Below are positions 17,684 to 27,083 of a stretch of DNA of 42,685 nucleotides, one piece after another (within the stretch, counting starts at the first letter, position 1; every line of letters begins with the position of its first letter). The notes under the pieces were generated by a model. The model was not told the DNA's origin. It was given only the letters and a program-made list of their open reading frames with translations, and ran no database searches. The position numbers were made by a program, and so were the translations under genes. The stretch lies in IMG/VR virus record IMGVR_UViG_3300037483_001817; one strand, 5' to 3'. The stretch comes from an uncultured virus (IMG/VR IMGVR_UViG_3300037483_001817) (lineage: Duplodnaviria > Heunggongvirae > Uroviricota > Caudoviricetes).

Positions 17684-17722
17684 CCAAAAACCGGCGAAGT
17701 CTACCAAAAACCGGCGAAGTCT
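17684..17722. repeat. 19-bp tandem duplication CCAAAAACCGGCGAAGTCT; near-identical copy at 18983-19000
   Basis: Copies at 17684-17702 and 17704-17722; both loci lie upstream of collagen genes. Confidence 0.85.
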
Positions 17723-18090
17723 TACTGCGTACGCCCGTACCGATCTTCCAGCCTCACAACATCCTCCAGTTCTGGTGTCGACACCTCGAGCACGTCTGTA
17801 TCTACGACGGCTAGCATCCGATGCCGCAGACCAGGAGCGATGTGGAACGGCTCACGCGGTCCCAGCTCGCGGACACGCGGCTCCTCACCCTCGGCGAAGA
17901 ACTCGAACCTGAGCTGACCGGAAAGGACCATGATCGTCTCGTCCTTCACCAAGTGGTACTGGAGCGACAGGGCCTCCCCAGCTTTCACATGGAGGATCTT
18001 ACCGACGTAGCGCGAGGTCTTGGCCCAGATCAGCTCATGGCCCCAGGGCTTGTCGACGACCGTGGACTTGAAATTCGTGGGTTCTTGCAC
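17722..18090 (-). CDS. cupin, mannose-6-phosphate isomerase type II C-terminal-like
   Basis: VDKPWGHE, LSLQYH..KDET, PGLRHRM, LEVST...DVVRLED.YGR; start set to GTG 18090. Confidence 0.85.
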   Translation of the reverse strand: MQEPTNFKSTVVDKPWGHELIWAKTSRYVGKILHVKAGEALSLQYHLVKDETIMVLSGQLRFEFFAEGEEPRVRELGPREPFHIAPGLRHRMLAVVDTDVLEVSTPELEDVVRLEDRYGRTQ

Positions 18091-18116
18091 GCGCACTACA
18101 TTACCGCGTGGAGGTA

Positions 18117-18950
18117 CTACGAGTACTCCTCGATGATCCAAATGCCCGGCGACCCATCACCACCGTCGTGTGGGGGATCGTTGTTCGCGGATGCGGCGCC
18201 GCTGCCGCCAGCGCCATTGCCGCTCGCATCAAGACCATCACCCGTGGTGTTGGCCAGGCTGCGACCACCGACGCCGAAGTTGCCGCTCCCTCCGAAGCCG
18301 CCCAAAAGGCCGACGTTGCTGAGCTGAAGCCCGAACCCAGCACCGCCTAAGGTACAGGCTTGGTAATCGCCATCAACGGGCACGCCCTGCGCCGTTGGCC
18401 CGATGACGATAGGCGGAATGAAGCCAGATCCGCCCGTGTCTCCACCCGCACCTCCCCGCGCCGTCAACAGCACTCCACCGATCAGTAGCGTCGAGTCGCC
18501 GCCGTTGGAAGGCGAGCCATTACCGATCATACCGGGAGCGCCGACACCGACCGTGACGGGACCACCAGTCAAGAACGTATTGGGAGGCGCCACGCTTCGA
18601 ACCTCGATCGCGACACCCGAGTTCCCGCCAGGAGCTCCAGCGACGGCAGTTGGATTGGTGGCCCCGATGCCGCCACCGCCACCACCACCACCACTGCCAC
18701 GCACGATCGCCGAGCGTGTGCCTGGCGTGGGGGTGTACGTGCCGCTACCAGCTACGTCGAAAACTTGGCGACCAAGCAACGCACCAGCTTCTGGTCCGGT
18801 CGGACCCGTCGGACCCGTCGGTCCGGTGGCGCCGTCATCACCGCGGTGACCACGGTGGCCGCGGTGGCCGCGGTGACCACGCTCTCCGCGCTCGCCGCCC
18901 TTGCCTTCACAGTCATCGCAGTCCGGAATGCGGGGCGTTGAATCAGCCAT
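18117..18950 (-). CDS. collagen-like protein with glycine-rich phage fibre-type C-terminal domain
   Basis: Same leader MADSTPRIPDCDDC + G-X-Y; SGTYTPTPGT..IVRGSGGGGGGG...GDGSPGIWIIEEYS. Confidence 0.85.
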   Translation of the reverse strand: MADSTPRIPDCDDCEGKGGERGERGHRGHRGHRGHRGDDGATGPTGPTGPTGPEAGALLGRQVFDVAGSGTYTPTPGTRSAIVRGSGGGGGGGGIGATNPTAVAGAPGGNSGVAIEVRSVAPPNTFLTGGPVTVGVGAPGMIGNGSPSNGGDSTLLIGGVLLTARGGAGGDTGGSGFIPPIVIGPTAQGVPVDGDYQACTLGGAGFGLQLSNVGLLGGFGGSGNFGVGGRSLANTTGDGLDASGNGAGGSGAASANNDPPHDGGDGSPGIWIIEEYS

Positions 18951-19016
18951 GCATGAAGGCTATCAGCGCTCTCGTTCGAAGGCCAAAAACCGGAGAAGTC
19001 GAGCTATACATCAGAC

Positions 19017-19400
19017 ATGTCCGCCGTGATCAAGGTGCCGTTCACGCGCCTGGTCCTGGGCCACCACGAAATCGGCTGTCACCGCGGTCGACGATGGGGC
19101 TTTCGCCAGGTGTTTGGCTTTCCCACACTCCAGAACTTACCCTTCATCCACCTGGGAAGCAGGGTCAAGCGCGCCTACGAAGGCAAGGACACGCCGAGAC
19201 ACGAGGGCTGGCCTGCCCAGCGCGAAGCGATCCAATGGCTCGTCGACCGCGGACGTGACGAAATCTACGCACTCGACAAAAACGGCATCAACGTCAAAGC
19301 CACGCCGTTTCGCAGCTACGCCATCACCGATGGCAACCATCGCGCGCTCGCCCTCTACATCTTGGGCGAAAGCTTGGTTCTGGCGCGCGTCAAAAATTGA
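19017..19400 (+). CDS. ParB/Srx N-terminal-like domain protein
   Basis: YAITDGNHRALALYILG resembles the ParB/Srx DGxHR motif. Confidence 0.55.
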   Translation: MSAVIKVPFTRLVLGHHEIGCHRGRRWGFRQVFGFPTLQNLPFIHLGSRVKRAYEGKDTPRHEGWPAQREAIQWLVDRGRDEIYALDKNGINVKATPFRSYAITDGNHRALALYILGESLVLARVKN

Positions 19401-19884
19401 AACAAGAGCCTGCTACGTCGATGCTACGGACGTCAGATCTCTCTGGCCGTACCACTCTTGGATGAGGGCGCGTCCGAACGGAGCATGGTTCCCCGCAGAG
19501 GCTGCCGACGATTTTGTCGATCATCTCGTCGAGATCTTGATCATCCATCCCCAGAGCGATCAGCTCCGCGTCGCGCGCGCTGTTGATGCGGTCCTCGGAG
19601 TCGCGTAGCTCCGCGGCGATCAAGCAGCGTTGGCAGCTCGCACCCAGGCAACCGCCACACGAAGCTTCTACCAGGCGTGCGCAACGCTCTACGATGCAGA
19701 CGCCCTTGCGTCGCGCCGGTGTGACCGCTCCCATCAGCACGGTTCCTGCGTTACCTCCTGACATCGAGCGCGCTCCTTGAATGAATTCGCGCGCCGTGAG
19801 CTTGAGTAAGTCGTCGCCGTCTCGCATGGGGAGCGAGCGGAAGGACTCGTTTGCGCAGATCACGCAGTTTCCCTCAAGCTTCAT
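19390..19884 (-). CDS. Cys-rich hypothetical protein
   Basis: GAGGAGG SD before ATG 19884; several CxxC. Confidence 0.55.
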   Translation of the reverse strand: MKLEGNCVICANESFRSLPMRDGDDLLKLTAREFIQGARSMSGGNAGTVLMGAVTPARRKGVCIVERCARLVEASCGGCLGASCQRCLIAAELRDSEDRINSARDAELIALGMDDQDLDEMIDKIVGSLCGEPCSVRTRPHPRVVRPERSDVRSIDVAGSCFNF

Positions 19885-19889
19885 ATTCG

Positions 19890-20438
19890 TTACCTCCTCA
19901 CGTCGAACGCGATCGTGATTCTCGGCAGATCTCCGGTATAGGACGGAAGACGATGCCACGTCTCGCCACGAGAAATCACGAGGCGCCCTGGATGTGGCTC
20001 GACCTCCAGCTCATAGTCCTTCGGCCGGCCGTCGCATGGGCACTCGTACACGGTCGGAGTTGCCGGGCTTCCGGCCGCAACGTAATACACACCCGAGAGG
20101 GTCGCGATCCGATGCTGGTGCCTCGGATGGTGGCTACCCGCGCGATTCACCATGGCCCAGGCAATCGGCGAACGAGCGCCGACCAGCTCGACGATCACCT
20201 GGCGAAGCTCCTGCACCGCCGCATCGGGCCACGCAAAGAAGTCTTCACCCGATTTCCACCCACCGACATTGAGCGATCCCGTCTTGCGGCCACGATCCCT
20301 CTGCATCCGATCCAAGATGATCTGCTCAAGCACGACGCAGAGATCGGGTCGAACAGCTTCGAAGATGATCGGTTGATCGCGGCACTGCGCCACGAGCTGC
20401 TGCCTCAAGGGATCTGTCGCCGCAACGGCCTGGGTCAT
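19890..20438 (-). CDS. putative 2OG-Fe(II) oxygenase (TIGR02466-like), paralog A
   Basis: WAMVN..G..HPRHQH..LSGVYYV...PGRLVI...WH...RITIAF. Confidence 0.8.
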   Translation of the reverse strand: MTQAVAATDPLRQQLVAQCRDQPIIFEAVRPDLCVVLEQIILDRMQRDRGRKTGSLNVGGWKSGEDFFAWPDAAVQELRQVIVELVGARSPIAWAMVNRAGSHHPRHQHRIATLSGVYYVAAGSPATPTVYECPCDGRPKDYELEVEPHPGRLVISRGETWHRLPSYTGDLPRITIAFDVRR

Positions 20439-20578
20439 GGCCCGTTATCTCACGACGCAAGATTGCTCGCCAGAACCACCCGTCAGCGCCGCCGCGGTGC
20501 GCGGCGCTCGGCGTACGTCAAACACGATCGGCTCACCAGGAGATGCCGAGCCCGGTGCACTCATGGCAAAAATGTTTT

Positions 20579-21139
20579 TCACTGGCGCCTCACATCAAAA
20601 GCTACGGTAATGCGAGGAAGACTTCCTTTATAGGAAGGCACAAAATGCCACGTCTCTCCACGGAAAAGAGCAAGCCGACCCGGATACGGCTCTATCTCCA
20701 GATCGTAGCGATCGCCGGATCGACCGTCACACGGGCATTCGAATACCGTCGGTGTAATCATGTCCTGACTGCCGGATGTCACGTAATAGACCCCCACGAG
20801 GGGCGCGGAAAGATGCTGGTGTCGCGGATGGTGACTGCCAGAACGATTCACCATAGCCCAGGCAACCGGTGAGCGCGCACCAACCCTCTCGACGATCACC
20901 TGGCGAAGCTCCTGCACCGCCGCATCGGGCCACGCGAAGAAATCCTCACCCGACTTCCACCCGCCAACGTTGAGCGATCCGGTTTTCTTGTGCCGATCAC
21001 TTTGCATCCGACCCAGGATGACCTGCTCAAGCTGCGGGCAAAGATCGGGGCGGACGTCGTCGAAGACGATCGGTTGCTCACGGCACTGCGCCACGAGCTG
21101 CGTCAAGAAATTCATCGTCGCCGTGGCTGCCTGGACCAT
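20579..21139 (-). CDS. putative 2OG-Fe(II) oxygenase (TIGR02466-like), paralog B
   Basis: Same motifs; long identical blocks with paralog A. Confidence 0.8.
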   Translation of the reverse strand: MVQAATATMNFLTQLVAQCREQPIVFDDVRPDLCPQLEQVILGRMQSDRHKKTGSLNVGGWKSGEDFFAWPDAAVQELRQVIVERVGARSPVAWAMVNRSGSHHPRHQHLSAPLVGVYYVTSGSQDMITPTVFECPCDGRSGDRYDLEIEPYPGRLALFRGETWHFVPSYKGSLPRITVAFDVRRQ

Positions 21140-21181
21140 GGCCCATTATCGCACTCGATGCGCGAGGTCACCAGCGCACGT

Positions 21182-24100
21182 TCAGATCACGAAATTTTTG
21201 CGCAGCTTGCTACGCACACGCTGCCAGTCGAAGACTCCCAGGCGTGCAGATCCATCGTTGACGGCGTAGCTCGCCACGAGCTTGCCGTCCACCAGCGCCA
21301 GGCCCGCACAGAATTCAATGCCCAGCTTTTCGAAGTAGAACGGATCGGTCATCGACACCAGCTCCAGCTTGTCGTCGATCAGCACGAAACGGTGGAGGTA
21401 CATCCGGCCAGAACCCGGGAAGGCAACGTCGTGGACGACGAACAGCCAGCCCTCATCAACGCGCACGGCCTGCGAACCACCACGCAGCCGCCCATGACCG
21501 TATACCGCGTCGGCTGGGGGTTGGATCGAGTAGCGCGGACGCGCATCCGCGCTGTCCGCCTCGACCAGGTCGAAGATCGTCGTCGATCCAACATCGCCAT
21601 TGAGACTCGTCGCGTAGATGAACTTCACGCGATCGCTCGCGGCATCAACAATCGGCATCCAGTTCTTCTGCGCGTGGACGCTCCATGGACCCCGCAGTGC
21701 TTCGGCACGAACCACCCCTCCGTCATCGTCGAGCTGGAGCAATGCAATCTCGCGGCGGCCGTCCTCGGTGAAGTCGCAGACCGTCGCCGTCGCCCACCAA
21801 CCGCCCTTCCACGCGAACAGCCGTGCGTCCTCGAAGCCGTGGACCGGATAGCCTGTTCGCTCGTCACCCGTCTTGTCCATGATCTCGACGACACGAGTCG
21901 TCTTGAGATCAGCGTCGAGATCAAGCAGGAAATTGCGTGTACGGATGATCTGATAACCCTTGTAGGGCCCTTCGTCCCTGACCCAGTCTTCGGGAGGCGT
22001 CGTATAGCTGCCGTTGATGAGCTTGTAGTTCACGGTGCGAACGATGCAGCGTGCCTGTTCACCATCGAAATAGATCGATGGGTTACTCGCGTTCCAACCC
22101 GGCTCGGGAGAGAAGTCGATCGCTTGCGCCGTCGCGCCGAACAGCTCGCTCGCACTCGGAGCATAGAACGCTCGATTCGCCCGCAACCGCTCGTCGCCGG
22201 GCCGGTAGCTCACCGCCTGCTCGGCGAAGTCACGGCCATCCTCCTTGTGCCCGGAGTAGTACGAAGAGATAGCTGCGCGATCTGCCGCCTTCCAGGTGTA
22301 GACATCCTCGTCGAGGAAGAGATCGGTCGGAGGCTTGGGCATCTCCGCTGCGACCGTGGCGAACAGACGCGAGACGGAGTGAATGCCCTTATCGTACCAA
22401 TACTGCGAGATCGCGTAGAGCGGCTCCCCTCGCCGCGGATCGTGCGCATACGCTTCCAGATACGCTTGCTGGATCTCGGCCCACGGCCGACCGAGCCGTT
22501 CCATCATCTTGCCGATGCGGAACTTCGCCTCGAACACCTCGTCGAAGTAGCCGCCCATCGTCGCGCGCTGTTCGTACATCTCGAGCGCCTGCGCGGGCTG
22601 CCCCAGGCACTCATGCGTTTGGCCCAGATAGAAATAGGGCCTTGGATCCTTGGGATCCTCAATGCGATCACGGTTGAGCAGATCAAGGTCGCGCGTCCAA
22701 CGCGTGCGCCACTCGTCGGAGCTGCGCGTGCCACGATCACGAACGACTGTTACATCCGGGATCGCCGGACCGGTGTTTGGTCCCATCGCGCACTCGTGCG
22801 TCCGCCACTTGTAGCGCCACCCGAATCCCGTGCGCATCACGAGCGGGTGGTAGTAGTGGCCAGGTGAGATGCGTACGCGATACGCGCCAGCAAAATCTCG
22901 GCGATGCGCGTCGAGAAAGCTCACCAGCGCGGCTCCGCCCTGGAGTACGTCACCGTTGGGCATGATCGAGAACACCGTGGACAGTCCGTGCAGCTCGAGC
23001 GCGCGATTTCTGCTCGTCGCGAAGTCGACGAAGGGCTCCTCGTGCAGGACACCTGGAATGCCGGCCAGCTCGCGCTTGATCAGGTCCTGCGTGCCGTCAG
23101 TCGATCCGGTATCGAGGATCGTCCACATGTCGACGTAGGGCCGATACGACGCGAGCACTGTTGCGATCCGCTTCGCTTCATTCTTGACGATCATCACCAA
23201 CCCGAGCAACGGCCGATCTGGAAGAGACGCCGTCGCACGGAGTCCCTGTATGAGGGCGGTGGTCTCCGTGGGCACCGGTGGTGTCTCGGGACTCCGAACC
23301 GTCTCTTCGGGCGTGGAAACAGCCACCGAAGATCGCTTCACCCCAGGCTCAACAAGCAGCATTTGCGGCCAACCCTGAACAGGCACCACGCTGTAGCCGA
23401 GATCGCTGACATGCGCGATCAGCTGCGCGCGCTCACGTGCGAACCACTCGTGGTCCCACGCCTCCAGTAGAAGCGTCGGCCGGTGCTTCTCCAGAGTCTT
23501 CGCCGCTCCGCGCAAGATGTCGATCTCGAAACCTTCGGCGTCGATCTTGATGACGCCGACGTTGTCGAACGCGAAGTCATCGAGCTGTGCGCAGCGCACC
23601 CGCTCTACTCCGAGCACGGCGCCGAGCTCCTGCCGGTGACGAAGCGTCGAACCACCACCATCCACCGAAACGACGTGCAGATCGAGATCACCCTGGCCGC
23701 CGAGCGCCACGTCGTGGCAGACCACGTTGCGGAGCTTGGCCCGTTGAACACCCTCGTGGAGGCGATCGTACGTCGAACGCTGGGGCTCGAACGCATGGAC
23801 CTGTTTGCACTTCAGCGCGAAGTGCTGCGCCCATGTCCCGACGTGCGCACCCACGTCGACGAAGGTCTCGTCATGCGCGATGAACTGCGTCGCCCACTCG
23901 ATCAGCGCCGCCTCGGGAGCGCCACCGTGCCGCGCGAAGTACGCTTCTTCGGCGGCATCGCGCAGGAGGTAACAGGACCCGGGGGAGAATGCCGGACGAA
24001 AAACCCGGAACTTCGCCGGTGTAAAGTGAAGCTCGGTCGTCTCGTCTCCGCGGGCCTCATGCTGTGGCGTGGCATCGGTCATGATCTGCTCCTCAGCCTT

Positions 24101-24799
24101 CTCGGCTTCGTAGTTCGTAAACATCGTCGCGTCGTGGCCGGCCTTGTACCAACGGATGGGCAAGAGCTTCCGGCGCTCGACCTCTGCCCAGTCGTTCACC
24201 TCCCACGTCACGCGCCCCGTCTTCGCCAACCGCTCCAAAGTCACCTCCCGCACGGCCTCGTGGAAGGCAAGCACGAGTTCACGCGGCACGACGAGAGACC
24301 CTCCGCAAAAGCGCCAGTCGGGCGAGTCGATCGACGCGCTGGAGACAACGTGACAGCCCGGGATCGCGATCTCGCAACGCGCGGCGACGCGGCCCAAGAA
24401 GTCGTCGATCACGTCCGCGGTGACCCCAGGTACGTGGAAGATCCCATAGTCGAGCCACACCAGAACGTCCGCCAGTGGGTTGGTCTCCAGCGCGGAGACG
24501 AGCCACGCGGTCTTTTGATGTTGAACGACGTGGTAAGCGAGCGAGTTCTTCTTCGGATTGTCGGCGACAGTGTGATCGACGCGCCGATCGCGGACATGAT
24601 CGTAGAGCCAGCAGTCCTCCAGCGCACATCGAAACACACGCACCGGAGCCACGCGGAGTTCTCGGAGCCGGGCGCCGAGACGCTCGTACTCGTCAGGGCT
24701 CCGCGGGAAGTCCGGTATCTGCACGTATCCGGTCACGACAGCAACCTTGGTTTCGCGCTGCCGTGATTCTTCGTCGAAGGACGCTTTGTCCATTCCCAT
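21182..24799 (-). CDS. multidomain enzyme: HtrL/WlaTC-like GT + FkbM methyltransferase + GT2-like + TPR + GH130-like beta-propeller
   Basis: VWLDYGI..WRFCGG..WEVNDW; VDVGAHVG..AFEP..IKIDAEGFE; MIVKNE..DTGSTDGT..F...RNRAL; TPR helices; NPSI..EDARL..QKNWMP..LRGGSQ..IEFCAGL. Confidence 0.85.
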   Translation of the reverse strand: MGMDKASFDEESRQRETKVAVVTGYVQIPDFPRSPDEYERLGARLRELRVAPVRVFRCALEDCWLYDHVRDRRVDHTVADNPKKNSLAYHVVQHQKTAWLVSALETNPLADVLVWLDYGIFHVPGVTADVIDDFLGRVAARCEIAIPGCHVVSSASIDSPDWRFCGGSLVVPRELVLAFHEAVREVTLERLAKTGRVTWEVNDWAEVERRKLLPIRWYKAGHDATMFTNYEAEKAEEQIMTDATPQHEARGDETTELHFTPAKFRVFRPAFSPGSCYLLRDAAEEAYFARHGGAPEAALIEWATQFIAHDETFVDVGAHVGTWAQHFALKCKQVHAFEPQRSTYDRLHEGVQRAKLRNVVCHDVALGGQGDLDLHVVSVDGGGSTLRHRQELGAVLGVERVRCAQLDDFAFDNVGVIKIDAEGFEIDILRGAAKTLEKHRPTLLLEAWDHEWFARERAQLIAHVSDLGYSVVPVQGWPQMLLVEPGVKRSSVAVSTPEETVRSPETPPVPTETTALIQGLRATASLPDRPLLGLVMIVKNEAKRIATVLASYRPYVDMWTILDTGSTDGTQDLIKRELAGIPGVLHEEPFVDFATSRNRALELHGLSTVFSIMPNGDVLQGGAALVSFLDAHRRDFAGAYRVRISPGHYYHPLVMRTGFGWRYKWRTHECAMGPNTGPAIPDVTVVRDRGTRSSDEWRTRWTRDLDLLNRDRIEDPKDPRPYFYLGQTHECLGQPAQALEMYEQRATMGGYFDEVFEAKFRIGKMMERLGRPWAEIQQAYLEAYAHDPRRGEPLYAISQYWYDKGIHSVSRLFATVAAEMPKPPTDLFLDEDVYTWKAADRAAISSYYSGHKEDGRDFAEQAVSYRPGDERLRANRAFYAPSASELFGATAQAIDFSPEPGWNASNPSIYFDGEQARCIVRTVNYKLINGSYTTPPEDWVRDEGPYKGYQIIRTRNFLLDLDADLKTTRVVEIMDKTGDERTGYPVHGFEDARLFAWKGGWWATATVCDFTEDGRREIALLQLDDDGGVVRAEALRGPWSVHAQKNWMPIVDAASDRVKFIYATSLNGDVGSTTIFDLVEADSADARPRYSIQPPADAVYGHGRLRGGSQAVRVDEGWLFVVHDVAFPGSGRMYLHRFVLIDDKLELVSMTDPFYFEKLGIEFCAGLALVDGKLVASYAVNDGSARLGVFDWQRVRSKLRKNFVI

Positions 24800-24808
24800 G
24801 GAAGGGCC

Positions 24809-25459
24809 TCAGTAGTTCGCGCGCTTCGAGCCGAGCTTGTCCTTCTGGAGTACACAGAGGTTGTTCTTGAGCCCGACGAAGAAGTACGGCACGTCGCTGC
24901 CGACGATCTCTTTGATCACGTGAGGTTCTGTACTCAGGCAACTTCCTGGATAGATGTCCTCGATGATGTATAGGCCACCATCACGGAGGAATGGCCAGAA
25001 GTTTCGCAGCGTGACCAGTTGGCTCTGGTCAATATGATCTCCGTCATCGATGATCACGTCGAGCTTGCCATCGAAATCGACGAACGAGTTACGTACGGAG
25101 GTCTCATTCATCGAATTGCAGAGACACGTTCGGATTCGGGGCTCTGCGAACTGCGTGTCAGACTGCACGTCGCAGCCCAAGATCTGAGCCTCAGGAAACC
25201 AATCTCTCCAGGCGCGAAGAGAACCTCCAGGCGCGTAGCCTTCAAGCGCATAGCCCTGCATCGACGAGTGAACGCCCGGAAGCATCGTACCGATTCCGAT
25301 TTCTAAGAAGACCTTCACATGTGCGCGTTGTGGTGACAGGAGGACATGGTAGAGCTGGGCGTAACCATTGCGATCCTTGTCGCTGCCGTAGTGATTGAAG
25401 AGCTGCGCAAGATCCATGAGGGCTCCGTCGATGATCGGGGTTCGCGGTTCGCTCCGCAT
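24809..25459 (-). CDS. class I SAM-dependent (sugar O-)methyltransferase
   Basis: YGSDK, LEIGIG, GGSLRAWRDWFP, DVIIDDGDH, GGLYIIED; start may be ATG 25417. Confidence 0.85.
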   Translation of the reverse strand: MRSEPRTPIIDGALMDLAQLFNHYGSDKDRNGYAQLYHVLLSPQRAHVKVFLEIGIGTMLPGVHSSMQGYALEGYAPGGSLRAWRDWFPEAQILGCDVQSDTQFAEPRIRTCLCNSMNETSVRNSFVDFDGKLDVIIDDGDHIDQSQLVTLRNFWPFLRDGGLYIIEDIYPGSCLSTEPHVIKEIVGSDVPYFFVGLKNNLCVLQKDKLGSKRANY

Positions 25460-25478
25460 TGACGAGATTCATACGTCA
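25459..25478. promoter_or_regulatory. TTGACG -35-like box overlapped by inverted repeat TGACG-N9-CGTCA between divergent MTase and RHH genes
   Basis: TGACG 25460-25464, CGTCA 25474-25478. Confidence 0.45.
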
Positions 25479-25496
25479 GCAGTACAAGCGAGTGCA

Positions 25497-25670
25497 ATGG
25501 CGAAGAGGCCCAAGACGGTGATGCTCACGCTGCGTGTGCCGATCTCGCTTCGTGCGAAGCTGCGTGACGCTGCCAAGGGTGACCATCGATCAGTTAACGG
25601 GCTGGTCGTTGCGCTGCTCTGGAAATCACTTCACGAAGAACCGGCGCAAACGGGCGGCGAATCTTCCTAG
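25497..25670 (+). CDS. Arc-like ribbon-helix-helix transcriptional regulator
   Basis: MLTLRVP..LRAKLRDAA..DHRSVNGLVVALL; start re-assigned to ATG 25497. Confidence 0.8.
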   Translation: MAKRPKTVMLTLRVPISLRAKLRDAAKGDHRSVNGLVVALLWKSLHEEPAQTGGESS

Positions 25671-25696
25671 GAAGTGCACGATCGTAAAGGCGGACT

Positions 25697-26272
25697 TCAT
25701 CGACGCACTCCTAAGTACCAGCTGTAGCGCGGGTCGATTGACACAGTGTCGTACCAGTTGCGCAGGTAGCCCAACACAGCCTCGGTCTTTCGATGATCAC
25801 CGTGCAAGAAATCGTGGAAGCTGACTGCGATCTGATCGACGCACTCAAACAAACGCTCCGGCATTGTCATCAAGATCTCTATCTCGGAGCCCTCGACGTT
25901 GAGCTTGAGCACGGAAACGTCGGCAATGTTGTAACGCTGAAACAGATCCAGCAACGAGAGCGCCTCGACGGGCGTTGTGTGATCTGTGGCAGCGAAGCGC
26001 GTCGAAGATCCGTGACCGTTCAACTTCATTTTTAGAACGCTGGGAGTCGCTGCGATTGCTCCCTTCCAGATCTCGACGCCCGCGACCCCAGGATCATTCT
26101 CGAACGGATCTACACCAACCACGCGCTTCTTCCCGAAGAAACGCTGCGACCAGTCCCACGAAGCACAGCCAAGATCGACGATCGCGCCGGGATGATCCCA
26201 CACGCGTCGATGAAGGCGTGTCCATGGCTCGCCCACGTTCGCAGCGACCTCAAGATCCGCCTCCTTGATCAT
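25697..26272 (-). CDS. FkbM-family methyltransferase
   Basis: IVDLGC, VGVDP, VLKLNVEGSE, QIAVSFH. Confidence 0.75.
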   Translation of the reverse strand: MIKEADLEVAANVGEPWTRLHRRVWDHPGAIVDLGCASWDWSQRFFGKKRVVGVDPFENDPGVAGVEIWKGAIAATPSVLKMKLNGHGSSTRFAATDHTTPVEALSLLDLFQRYNIADVSVLKLNVEGSEIEILMTMPERLFECVDQIAVSFHDFLHGDHRKTEAVLGYLRNWYDTVSIDPRYSWYLGVRR

Positions 26273-26371
26273 GACCCTCGTTGCTCCTTACGTGTCAGTG
26301 TATACTTCCATCGGAAATCGGAAGTGCATCAAGCACTGGTAGTGTCCATGGACACGTTGCCGTTTCGATCC

Positions 26372-27076
26372 TCAGCGTTTCACGAAGAGCGCGCCACCCC
26401 CAAGGCCGGGCCCGAAGTAGTTCGGCAGCTCGGCTTCGCGCTCAGGCTTGTCCCGCAGAAAGACCTCGCAAGCCTTCTTCACACCCGGCAACAGCTCCCA
26501 CTCGTAGTCGTCAATGACGACACGCGCGCCGCTCGACAACTTCGCGTACACCTTGTTGAAGCTGTCGATGATCGACGAGTACATGTCGCCGTCGAAAAAG
26601 GCGAACGCGATCGAAGACGGGTACTCCGCATCGGGAATCGCGGAGAACCAGCCAGAGTGGACGTGAGACGGGCGTAGACCGCTACGCTCGAAATTCTTGT
26701 CGAAGACCTTGCGGGGAGTCATGCAAAAGCCCTCCTCGAACAAAGGTACATCACCGATCGGTTTGTCCTCTGAGGTCGGAGCAGGCACCCCTTGCCAGGA
26801 ATCATAGACGTGCAATTCCCGGTCGTCCTGCCGCAGAGCATCAAGTAGCCGCCGCATCATGATCGTCGTCGTGCCCTGGAAACACCCCAGCTCAACCACG
26901 TGCCCCGGAACACCCGCGCGTACGACGCGCTCAAGTTCCATCAGCACGTGGTACATCTTGCTCGGCGAGGACTGACCTATCGGCACAGGATGCTCGCCGA
27001 GTATCTGCCGCACCAGGTCGTCACCCGGGGCAGGAGGCGGCATCATTCCGAAGAGTGGGTGCTGGGCTTTATGCAC
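26372..27076 (-). CDS. TylF/MycF/NovP-family sugar O-methyltransferase
   Basis: VPGHVVELGCFQG, YDSWQG, GWF, FFDGDMYSS, VIDDY, PGVKKA. Confidence 0.9.
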   Translation of the reverse strand: MHKAQHPLFGMMPPPAPGDDLVRQILGEHPVPIGQSSPSKMYHVLMELERVVRAGVPGHVVELGCFQGTTTIMMRRLLDALRQDDRELHVYDSWQGVPAPTSEDKPIGDVPLFEEGFCMTPRKVFDKNFERSGLRPSHVHSGWFSAIPDAEYPSSIAFAFFDGDMYSSIIDSFNKVYAKLSSGARVVIDDYEWELLPGVKKACEVFLRDKPEREAELPNYFGPGLGGGALFVKR

Positions 27077-27083
27077 GGCGGTC

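Noticed and set aside
20990..24766. Long + strand ORFs (20990-22867, 22904-23470, 23483-24766)
   Set aside because: Antisense shadows of the 1205-aa gene, expected in high-GC DNA; no recognisable motifs
26305..26355. Inverted repeat ACTTCC/GGAAGT and 14-bp palindrome GTGTCCATGGACAC in an intergenic gap
   Set aside because: Single occurrences, no U-tract, no recurrence elsewhere; insufficient for a terminator or operator call
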